From Planctomycetales bacterium (lineage in GTDB: Bacteria > 4484-113 > JAFGCY01), in assembly GCA_022646745.1 (NCBI GenBank), contig CP060262.1, positions 300,001 to 332,000 on the forward strand: 32,000 bases of DNA. The letters are read 5' to 3'. Positions 1 to 7,361 of the stretch are shown here, one piece after another. Numbering within the stretch: the first letter of the stretch is position 1; each line of letters starts with the position of its first letter. The notes under the pieces were generated by a model. The model saw only the letters and a program-made list of their open reading frames with translations, was not told the DNA's origin and searched no databases. Both the position numbers and the translations under genes were made by a program.

Positions 1-2160
1 TACATCCGCTTCGCCGTCAACGACGGCAGCGGTTTCGGTGCGGACTTCGGCGAGACCTCGCGAACCCTGGTAGTCTACCCACAATGGGAGCCAAGCCCGC
101 TGCTTGTGCAGGAAGCAGACCTGTTCTCCCCAGTCGGACGCTTCACTACCGTGAATGGCATTGCGATGCAGGGGACAGACGACCTGCTGGTGGTTTCCGA
201 TGACCTGACCCTGCCCGGCACGGTGATCAGGCGTGGCCGCCCCGGCAGTTTCAGCTTTGACAGCCTGCCTTTCATCGGTGATGCACCACACCAGTACAGT
301 GACCCTGCACTACTCGGTGATACTGCCTATCTCGGTGTCAAGGCCGGCAGCGGTCAAAACTACATCATTGCCTGTTCTCCAGGGGGCAGCCACATCATTG
401 AAGGCAGCTTCAGCTTCACGAGGCTCGTGCCTGTCAGCAACGGCGAGTCCCTGTTCCTGATCATCACGACCGCGACCGCAGTCGGCTTTGCCGACCTGAC
501 AGGCGGAAGCAGCCTTGTGCCGATCGCTACCGGGCTGACCGGCAACAACTACATGGATGCCTGCTGGAACCCGGTCACCGCGACGGTTGACATCATGCTT
601 GACGACGGAGGCTCGCTGAGCTACTTATCCTGGGATCCCGCAGCGATGATCATCACTGACGACGATTCCGCCCTGCTGTCCCCCGTGGAGGGCGGCATTG
701 ACGTGGAAGCTGACCCCACCACCGGCGAGCTCTGTGTTGTCAGCCGCAGCGTGGCGAAGAATGTCTTCCTGCGTAAGCCTGCCGGTGGTGCCTTCGCTGC
801 GCCACAGGAGATAGACAGCCCGATCATCAATTACTGGCCCGCTGACCAGGCATGGCATGGCGGCGTACCCTATGCGACCTTCGCCGGCGGCGGCGGGGAA
901 ACCCGCACCTACCGGCTGGATGCCGCCGGGGCCACGACCTACAACACGGCTGACTACACCGTGGACGGCTTCTACACGGGCTGCCTGCTGGATGACCCCG
1001 CCAGCGGCAAGCTGCTGGTCTGCGACCGGGACAGCAGCGCCAGCCTGTACATCGCCGAGCTCAATGATGACGACAGCGAAACCATCCTCGAGACCCTGCT
1101 GAGTGACCGCGGCTGGGGCCGCTGGCTGGACAGCGCGGTCGGGGCGGACGGATACCACCTCATCATGGGCAATGCATTCCTGAACGGCGTCAGCCACATG
1201 GTCAGCGCTGACGGCGCTGGCTGGACCACCATGGGAAGCGCAACCACCGACGGTTATGTGGACCTGTTTGACAACAGGGCAGGTGAGGTGTTCATGACCC
1301 TGCGTGACGCAAGCGGCTATGACGTCTCATACTGGGATGGCGCTGCCTGGAGCAATCGCTGGATCGTACCGGGTGCCCAGACCCGCGAGGCCGTCTCGGC
1401 AGGCAACCGCGCGTCCAATACCACGGCCTGGGTGCTGGAGGACACTGTCGCTGCCAACCTGCTGCGCTCACAGGGCAACGCCGGCGGCTTCACCACATCG
1501 ACGACGGCATTCCCGGAAACCACGCACATCCACAAGGGCCGCCTGGTGTATGACAGCATTGGCGGGATCAGCCCGGCCTTCGTGCTCTATTCAAAGCCGG
1601 CGGTGTTCCAGTCATTCGGACTGCTCAATGCCTACAGCGGTGATGTGCAGGACATCACCTGGTTCAGTGACGGATCGACGCTGATCAGCGACCTTGCCTC
1701 ATTTGACGACAGAGAGACAGCGGCGCGCACAATGGAGATGCTGCCATTCCGCAGCGGCACGACCCGTTACAACGCAACCCAGATCGCATGCTGGAGCGTC
1801 GGCGGGTACAACGGTTCCGCCTTCCGCTACACCTTCAGGAATGACAGCGGGGTCGCGAAGGACATCGCCATGAACACGCTGCCTTTCCGCAACGTGGACT
1901 GGCGCAGCGAGGACATGCGTCGCACCGTCAGTGCTGCCCAGGCGAACGGACTGACGGCTGTTTCCGTCATGAGCAGCCTCGATGGCAAGCACAGCCGGAT
2001 GGAGTGGAGCTGCTTCGGAGAGTGGGAGGAACTGCCCATGCCGGCAGCCGCCGGCCGCACGGCACAGACGGAGCTGCTGGTTGATGCCAATGGACGCTGG
2101 TACATGTTCTGGCGTGACCCGGAAAGCAGCCGGGTGTACTGCCTGCGCAGCCTGGACTAA
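1..2160 (+). CDS. Large hypothetical protein, N-terminus outside the window (719 aa visible)
   Basis: Frame +1 has no stop from nt 1 (YIRFAVNDGSGFG...) to TAA 2158-2160. The track ORF 106-2160 is therefore only the part after an internal GTG. G/C-ending codons dominate. The sequence is Gly/Asp/Thr/Ser/Trp-rich and beta-looking, with recurring aromatic patches (GWGRWLD, SYWDGAAWSNRW, NGRWYMFWRD). I cannot name a family motif. Confidence 0.7.
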   Translation, partial: YIRFAVNDGSGFGADFGETSRTLVVYPQWEPSPLLVQEADLFSPVGRFTTVNGIAMQGTDDLLVVSDDLTLPGTVIRRGRPGSFSFDSLPFIGDAPHQYSDPALLGDTAYLGVKAGSGQNYIIACSPGGSHIIEGSFSFTRLVPVSNGESLFLIITTATAVGFADLTGGSSLVPIATGLTGNNYMDACWNPVTATVDIMLDDGGSLSYLSWDPAAMIITDDDSALLSPVEGGIDVEADPTTGELCVVSRSVAKNVFLRKPAGGAFAAPQEIDSPIINYWPADQAWHGGVPYATFAGGGGETRTYRLDAAGATTYNTADYTVDGFYTGCLLDDPASGKLLVCDRDSSASLYIAELNDDDSETILETLLSDRGWGRWLDSAVGADGYHLIMGNAFLNGVSHMVSADGAGWTTMGSATTDGYVDLFDNRAGEVFMTLRDASGYDVSYWDGAAWSNRWIVPGAQTREAVSAGNRASNTTAWVLEDTVAANLLRSQGNAGGFTTSTTAFPETTHIHKGRLVYDSIGGISPAFVLYSKPAVFQSFGLLNAYSGDVQDITWFSDGSTLISDLASFDDRETAARTMEMLPFRSGTTRYNATQIACWSVGGYNGSAFRYTFRNDSGVAKDIAMNTLPFRNVDWRSEDMRRTVSAAQANGLTAVSVMSSLDGKHSRMEWSCFGEWEELPMPAAAGRTAQTELLVDANGRWYMFWRDPESSRVYCLRSLD

Positions 2161-2208
2161 GCTGTAGCTGGAATCAGGTCTTGCCGGTCGGCAAAGGAGA
2201 TGGATGAG

Positions 2209-3144
2209 ATGAAGAGTTTGAGGACGATAATCTGCATGGCCTGCCTGCTGCTGGCAATGTCAGCCGGGGCGCATGCGCAGAATGCGGACCCGAGCGTGGA
2301 GCTGCTGGAGTTCTACGCCTTCGACCCGACCGCCGGCAAGCAGCTGCAGCGCGAGACCTTCAACTGGCCGAGCCAGCGCCGCATCGGTGCGCTGGTGCGC
2401 TACCAGACGAAGAACTATGACAAGCGCAAGACCGCACAGGTCTTCCTTACCCTCAAGGACCGCAGTGGCAACGACCTGTTCCGTGACAACAAGGAATTCA
2501 CGATCCATTCCGGTGAGCATGAGTACGTCTTCCCGCTGGACTTCGACATGCGCCGGATGTACCTCGAGGAGCGCTTCAAGATTGACCTTGAGATCAAGCT
2601 GACGGGTGGCAACAAGGTATCGAGCCAGATCGAGATCACAGTCAACGGCCCGGTGATGCCGGACGTGTCGATCTCCGAGCTCAAGCTGGTGGATCCGGTC
2701 ACGCTCAAGCCGTTGGAGAAGGTGAGCGCGGGCCAGATGGTGCGCCTCACTGGCAATGTCAGCGTGTCCGGCAACACCACGGATGTCGTGCCGACGCTGA
2801 TGGTCTGGGGCCGGATGAGCAACGAGGACCTGCAGGTCGAACCCTGGGAGGAAGCACCCTTCAGCGATGTGTACCGCGACAGCGCTACGTTCACGTCACC
2901 AAACGGCAGCTGGAACTTCGGCATCAATGCGAAGATGCCTGACAAGTTCAGGGAGAGCCAGGCCGCCAGCCAGCCATACGAATTCAAGATCGTGGTCTAC
3001 TTCACACGCCAGTCGGTGCGCTCAACTGAGATCAGCGGCACAGTAAGTGAAAGTGCCACGGGCTCACTCGTCGGGGACGACCTGGACGAGCGCCTGATCC
3101 GAGTGGAACGCAACTGGCACTGGGAGCTGGTCCCGCAGCGCTGA
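2209..3144 (+). CDS. Secreted hypothetical protein, possibly two Ig/CARDB-like halves
   Basis: The track ORF starts at 2200, but AAGGAG (2194-2199) abuts that ATG. The in-frame ATG at 2209 sits 9 nt after the SD and gives MKSLRTIICMACLLLAMSAGAHA|QN, a typical Sec signal with an AHA-Q cleavage site. Two loosely similar segments (VELLEFYAFDPTAGKQL... and VSISELKLVDPVTLKPL...) suggest a repeated beta-sandwich; this is tentative. Confidence 0.8.
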   Translation: MKSLRTIICMACLLLAMSAGAHAQNADPSVELLEFYAFDPTAGKQLQRETFNWPSQRRIGALVRYQTKNYDKRKTAQVFLTLKDRSGNDLFRDNKEFTIHSGEHEYVFPLDFDMRRMYLEERFKIDLEIKLTGGNKVSSQIEITVNGPVMPDVSISELKLVDPVTLKPLEKVSAGQMVRLTGNVSVSGNTTDVVPTLMVWGRMSNEDLQVEPWEEAPFSDVYRDSATFTSPNGSWNFGINAKMPDKFRESQAASQPYEFKIVVYFTRQSVRSTEISGTVSESATGSLVGDDLDERLIRVERNWHWELVPQR

Positions 3145-3279
3145 ATCTCGGCATCAGGCGTAACAATCCGGCGGGCAGCCGGTGTCAAAGTGCACAGGGT
3201 GCATCCCTTGAAATGCATCCGATCCCTCACTTGCGGGGTTCCAGTGCCTGCTCCCGCCGGCCCTGGGGCACCGTCAGCA

Positions 3280-3313
3280 AGGCTGTCCACGGACAGCCTG
3301 CTTCATTTTCTTG
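3280..3313 (+). terminator. Putative rho-independent terminator after the secreted-protein gene
   Basis: AGGCTGTCC-AC-GGACAGCCT (3280-3299) is a perfect 9-bp inverted repeat; the inner pairs must open to form a loop. It is followed by CTTCATTTTCTT (3301-3312). The T-tract is on the + strand only. Confidence 0.45.
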
Positions 3314-3328
3314 CCCGGTAAAACTGTC

Positions 3329-4300
3329 CTAAGCGCCTGCGATGCGGCCGATGTAATCCTCATCCTCCAGCATGGAAACGATCTCCCCGATCAGCATCAG
3401 CACCTCATGCCGGGGTTCGAAGCGGCCGGCTTCCACCAGCTCAGCAAACAGGGATGTCGTGCTGGCCAGTTCCTGCCCGAGGCTTGTGATGTAGCTGAGC
3501 TGGTAGTCCGGGTCCTGCTTCGGCAGGCGGATCAGCAGTTCCTGGCGCAGGGCCTGCCAGGTATCCACGCTGTTGAACTCACGCAGCAGGCGCTCCTCAC
3601 GCACCGCCAGGCCGCTTCTTCCTCCGCCGAGGCTGATCACCCGCATGCGGCGCAGCAGCTCGGCATTGTGCCTCAGCCAGGTCGGGAAGTCCCCCTGCAC
3701 GGCCACGGCGTTGCTGCTGACCTGCTCCTGCGGCAGCAGGAAGAAGGCACCGCCGGTAGTGACCTGGATGCGGCCCTCGTCCAGATCAAACACCCTGCGC
3801 TGCGTTGTGGCAGCCTGTTGGCCGCGTCCGGTGCCGTTGATATGGAGGCTGATCATCGGCGCTGCTCCCTTGTTGCCGATCTGCTGGATCTGTCCCCGGT
3901 CCTGTGCGAGGACACTGCCCGCTTCGCAGTTACGGCGTTCAAGGGTGCACAATAGGCCCTCGCGAACCTCGAAGCGCGCATACTCAGCCAGCCCAAGGAA
4001 TTTCAGGGCCCCCCACGATGAGTCCCCAATGTCGTGGATCGCGGACATGTCCCCGGGCTGCCAGGACAAGACCTGCAGCTCAAGCGAATCCCCGGAGTGC
4101 AGAGTCGCCTGGCCGTAGGAATCCGCTTCAGGATGCCCGAATCGTGCCCAGGATGCTAGTTCCGCAGCTGGGATGACGCATTGATCGAGCAGCAGCACGG
4201 CCTTTTGCGTGGTCATCTGGTCCTCGGCTCGCACGGCATCCAGCAGTTCCAGCACCGACTGGGGCAGTGGCGGATACTCGCTGCGTATTGTGTCTGGCAT
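3329..4300 (-). CDS. Cysteine-dioxygenase-type (CDO_I-like) cupin domain protein with an unknown ~160-aa C-terminal extension
   Basis: GAGGA lies 7 nt upstream of ATG 4300. The N-terminal half aligns by eye with bacterial CDO-like cupins: LELQVLSWQPGDMSAIHDIGDSSWGALKFLG versus the family pattern W.PG..t.iHDHG.s.g...vL.G, and later MISLHI versus the third-His strand. The C-terminal half has no recognisable motif. Confidence 0.75.
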   Translation of the reverse strand: MPDTIRSEYPPLPQSVLELLDAVRAEDQMTTQKAVLLLDQCVIPAAELASWARFGHPEADSYGQATLHSGDSLELQVLSWQPGDMSAIHDIGDSSWGALKFLGLAEYARFEVREGLLCTLERRNCEAGSVLAQDRGQIQQIGNKGAAPMISLHINGTGRGQQAATTQRRVFDLDEGRIQVTTGGAFFLLPQEQVSSNAVAVQGDFPTWLRHNAELLRRMRVISLGGGRSGLAVREERLLREFNSVDTWQALRQELLIRLPKQDPDYQLSYITSLGQELASTTSLFAELVEAGRFEPRHEVLMLIGEIVSMLEDEDYIGRIAGA

Positions 4301-4418
4301 CGGTGGTCCTCAGGGATGGGCTGGCTGCGAAGCGGCTGGCGGTCACCTGACGGGCAGGATGCCATCGGGTGCGCCCGGCAGCCTGTCCGATGGTTGTCAA
4401 CAATCCCCGGACGGAGTG

Positions 4419-4447
4419 ATGATAGCCCAGTCCGTGCGGGTTTTCAA
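4419..4447 (-). promoter_or_regulatory. Candidate sigma-70 promoter for the cupin gene
   Basis: The minus strand reads TTGAAA (4447-4442), a 17-nt spacer, then TATCAT (4424-4419). It lies in the 196-bp gap between the receiver gene stop and the cupin start and would give a leader of about 110 nt. Sequence match only. Confidence 0.35.
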
Positions 4448-4496
4448 CAGGCAGGCATTGTCAGCAGACTATGCGATGGGCGCGATCCGTGGCTGC

Positions 4497-4919
4497 CTAG
4501 CCTGCCACGCCTGCCGGAGGCCGTGATGCCATCATGTCCCGCACCATCACCACGAGCTGGCTTTCGTTGATCGGCTTGCTGATCAGGCGCCGCACCCCGT
4601 TGGCGAGGTACTGCTGCGCCAGGCCGGCTGTGATGGACCCGCTGATCACGATGATCGCGACTTCGGGGTGGTAGGACTTCAGGGCGGAGATGATGTGCAG
4701 GCCCGTACCGTCAGGCAGCTCATGGTCGAGGATCAGCACTTCCGGACGGACATGCGGGAACTTCAGCACGGCTTCCCGCCCACTGCCGGCAAGTCCGCAG
4801 ATGTCTATCCGGTTATGTTCGAGGATGTAGCGGTAACGGCGCTGCATCACCTTGGAATCCTCAATGATGAACACACCGCTTTCCGCCAGCCCTTCCTCGC
4901 TCTTCCTGTTATTTAGCAT
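4497..4919 (-). CDS. Stand-alone CheY-like response-regulator receiver (REC) protein
   Basis: VFIIEDS...EVLILDHELPDGTG...VAIIVISGS...LISKP supplies the acidic pocket, the phospho-acceptor Asp (LILD), the Ser/Thr position and the Lys-Pro of REC domains. There is no output domain. The track ORF extends to a TTG at 4970 with no SD, so I prefer the ATG at 4919 (MLNNRK...). The start is uncertain. Confidence 0.85.
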   Translation of the reverse strand: MLNNRKSEEGLAESGVFIIEDSKVMQRRYRYILEHNRIDICGLAGSGREAVLKFPHVRPEVLILDHELPDGTGLHIISALKSYHPEVAIIVISGSITAGLAQQYLANGVRRLISKPINESQLVVMVRDMMASRPPAGVAG

Positions 4920-5017
4920 GACGACCCCGACCGTGCAGTCCCGGCCGGAAACTGGCTTTACTGGCAACAAGATAACAGAATCACGGGCCCGGGTGTTGAC
5001 CCGCGTGCCACACGAAC

Positions 5018-5089
5018 CCCGATTTCACTTTGCAGTTCAGTCAGCGGACATGTGAAGTCGGGGCTAAATGGCTCCCGATTTCACTTTGC
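5018..5089. repeat. Two exact copies of a 16-bp direct repeat in the divergent REC/HDOD intergenic region
   Basis: CCCGATTTCACTTTGC occurs at 5018-5033 and again at 5074-5089, 56 bp start to start. A GTGAAG follows 19 nt after copy 1 (5052-5057) and 2 nt after copy 2 (5091-5096). Function unknown. Confidence 0.8.
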
Positions 5090-5121
5090 TGTGAAGCTCA
5101 GTTTCCTCCCCGCTGTTAGAT

Positions 5122-6081
5122 ATGTATGCGTATGAAAGCGAGGACGGTGAAAGAGCCGCAATGAACGAACTACTGACAGGCAACAGGCTGGCCGGGCAGA
5201 TGCAGGACTGGGACGTCCTTGACGACGGCACCCGCACTCAATGGGAGACACTGGTTACACGCATCAACCTGCCGCCGATGTACAGGCATGCGGCCGGCAA
5301 TACCGTGGACAACTTCCGCCCGAAGGAAATGGCGGCGGACATCGAGGCCGACCCGGTGATCAGCGGCACGATCATAGCCGTCGCCAACTCAGCGAAGATC
5401 GGCCTCTCCAGCCCGATCATGACGGTCGACCGCGCGATCGTGCACCTCGGTTTCAACCTGATCGTGTCCATCATCAGCAGCTACCAGCTGCAGCAGGCTC
5501 TCGGCAGCAACAGCCACGTCTCGCGGGAATTCCTGGACCTGATCCGGCGCTGGTCGGCCACGGCGCGCACCACCGCCCTGCACTTCTTCAAGCGGGCATC
5601 GATGCATGATGCAAACGAGGACGCCCCGACGGTGGCCCTGCTGGCGCGGCTCGGCACGGTGATCCTCGCGATGAGCGACCATCCGCCGCACAGCAACTAC
5701 ATCACCATCCCGGACGAGCCTGGACGGCTGACGCATGAACTGAAGGAGTATGGCATCACGAGCCCCCAGCTCAGCGGACGGCTGGTCCGGCACTGGGGCC
5801 TGCCCGACCCGATCCCGCAGCACGTTGACAACCTCTGGCGGCCGGTGCTCAGCGAACTTGACGACACCCCGGACAACCGCTGCCTGACGCTTTTGGCACT
5901 GAGCGTCAACCTTGCGGACACATACATGAACTACAGCATGGTGACCCCGGAGGAATTCCTCGGGCGTGGCGCCTATGCGCAGCTCGCTGCCAACCTCGAG
6001 AAGATGGGCCTGCTGGGGATCATCAACGAGGCCTGGGAGAGCAAGCTGATGCAGCGCGAGCTGGAGGCCGCCAGTTACTGA
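5122..6081 (+). CDS. HDOD domain protein (paralog 1)
   Basis: INLPPMYRH...MAADIEADPVISGTIIAVANSAKIGLSSPIMTVDRAIVHLGFNLIVSII matches the HDOD core (lP.lp...la..i..DP.l....l..aNSa..g....i.s...Ai..LG...l). An alternative start at 5161 (MNELL) has a slightly better purine-rich upstream stretch. Confidence 0.85.
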   Translation: MYAYESEDGERAAMNELLTGNRLAGQMQDWDVLDDGTRTQWETLVTRINLPPMYRHAAGNTVDNFRPKEMAADIEADPVISGTIIAVANSAKIGLSSPIMTVDRAIVHLGFNLIVSIISSYQLQQALGSNSHVSREFLDLIRRWSATARTTALHFFKRASMHDANEDAPTVALLARLGTVILAMSDHPPHSNYITIPDEPGRLTHELKEYGITSPQLSGRLVRHWGLPDPIPQHVDNLWRPVLSELDDTPDNRCLTLLALSVNLADTYMNYSMVTPEEFLGRGAYAQLAANLEKMGLLGIINEAWESKLMQRELEAASY

Positions 6082-6082
6082 C

Positions 6083-7012
6083 ATGGTTAGCACAGAGGAA
6101 CTGCTGGTTTCCGTGGAGGGTGAATGCGGTTTTGCCGACCTCAGTGAGGAACGGCAGGCCTACTGGGAAGCCCAGATCCGCTGCACGAACATCCCTTCGC
6201 TGTTCACCGGCCACAGCCGTGGCCTGGAGAACCTGGAATCGCTCAGCCAGGCGGACCTGCAGCAGCGAATCAGCCGCGACCCGCTGCTGTCCTCCAAGCT
6301 GCTCTCAGTTGCCAACAGCACCCGGATGGGAAAGGTCAACCCGGTCAGGAGCGTGCAGAAGGCCATCAGCCAGCTGGGGCTGGACCTCGTGCTGGCGATC
6401 GTACTCACTTATGAAATGGAGAACGACCTGCAGGACGGCTATCCCGTCAGTCGCGAAGTGCTGCACCATATCCGCAACCTGGCTTCATTGTCATTTGCAA
6501 TCGCGGGAATCTATGCCAGGGAACTGAGGCTGCCCGACGGGGAGGCGTTCTGCCACGCGGCCATGCTCAGCTGCGTCGGGAGCCTGCTGCTGGCGCATAC
6601 GCCGAAGTTTGACGAGGCCACCTACCTGTCCTTCGCGGATGAATTCCAGCGCTTGCAGTATGAACGGTCAACCTGGGGGGTCTGCGTACCGACCATCACC
6701 CAGCGCATGATGGAAATCTGGGGCCTGCATGAACCGGTACCGCTGATGGTCGGCTCTCGCCACCTGCCCCTGCTGGGCCCGCTGCCGGAGGGTTTTAGCC
6801 CGATGGAGGCCAAGCAGGTCTGCCTGCTGGCTGCAATCAATGCACTGGCCCATGCATACATGGCCAAGCAGACAATCACACCCGAGATCCTGCTGGACCG
6901 GCGCAACTACCTCGCACTCAAGCGCAACCTGCTGGACCATGGCATGTACGTGCCGGTCGGCCGCTACTGGGGCCAGCGCAGCACGGAGACGATCCTGCGT
7001 GCGGCTTACTGA
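6083..7012 (+). CDS. HDOD domain protein (paralog 2)
   Basis: The ATG lies 1 nt after the stop of the previous gene. TNIPSLFTGH...LQQRISRDPLLSSKLLSVANSTRMGKVNPVRSVQKAISQLGLDLVLAIV is the same HDOD core as the upstream paralog. Confidence 0.85.
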   Translation: MVSTEELLVSVEGECGFADLSEERQAYWEAQIRCTNIPSLFTGHSRGLENLESLSQADLQQRISRDPLLSSKLLSVANSTRMGKVNPVRSVQKAISQLGLDLVLAIVLTYEMENDLQDGYPVSREVLHHIRNLASLSFAIAGIYARELRLPDGEAFCHAAMLSCVGSLLLAHTPKFDEATYLSFADEFQRLQYERSTWGVCVPTITQRMMEIWGLHEPVPLMVGSRHLPLLGPLPEGFSPMEAKQVCLLAAINALAHAYMAKQTITPEILLDRRNYLALKRNLLDHGMYVPVGRYWGQRSTETILRAAY

Positions 7013-7018
7013 GGGTCC

Positions 7019-7360
7019 TCAGACCGCCGCTTCGCCCCGCTCACCCGTGCTGATGCGCACCGCATCCACCACCTCCAGCACATAGATCTTGCCGTCACCG
7101 CGCAGTCCGGTATGGGCATGCTGCTGGATGGTTGCCACAACCCGTTCCACCAGCTCCTCTCGCACCACCAGTTCCAGCTTCACATGCTGCACGAAGCCGA
7201 TGTCCTCACCGCTGAGCGGAGTGGCACCCTCGCCACCCCGCCCCCGGCCATAGCCCTCCACGCGGTTGAATGACATCCCGGTCAGGCCCTCAATGGCACT
7301 CAGACCGAGCATCACCTCATCCAGCTTGAAGGGCTTGATGTATGCCTTGATTTCCTTCAT
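7019..7360 (-). CDS. PII (GlnB/GlnK-like) signal-transduction family protein, 113 aa, coupled to czcA
   Basis: MKEIKAYIKPFKLDEV...GMS...GYGRGRGGEG...VKLELVV...TGLRGDGKIYVLEVVDAVRISTGERG is collinear with GlnB (IKPFKLDDV, GMT, GFGRQKG, VKIEIVV, TG.IGDGKIFV....RIRTGE). ATG 7360 is preceded by AGGGAG and lies 1 nt after the czcA stop (7362-7364). The track ORF's 19 extra N-terminal codons would overlap czcA and have no support. Confidence 0.85.
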   Translation of the reverse strand: MKEIKAYIKPFKLDEVMLGLSAIEGLTGMSFNRVEGYGRGRGGEGATPLSGEDIGFVQHVKLELVVREELVERVVATIQQHAHTGLRGDGKIYVLEVVDAVRISTGERGEAAV

Positions 7361-7361
7361 G

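Noticed and set aside
5060-5095. A sigma-54 (TGGC...TTGC) or sigma-28 (TAAA-N15-GCCGATAA) promoter overlapping the 16-bp repeats.
   Set aside because: The GG-to-GC spacing is about 18 nt instead of 12 for sigma-54. CCCGATTT is only a partial match to the sigma-28 -10 element and has no properly spaced -35.
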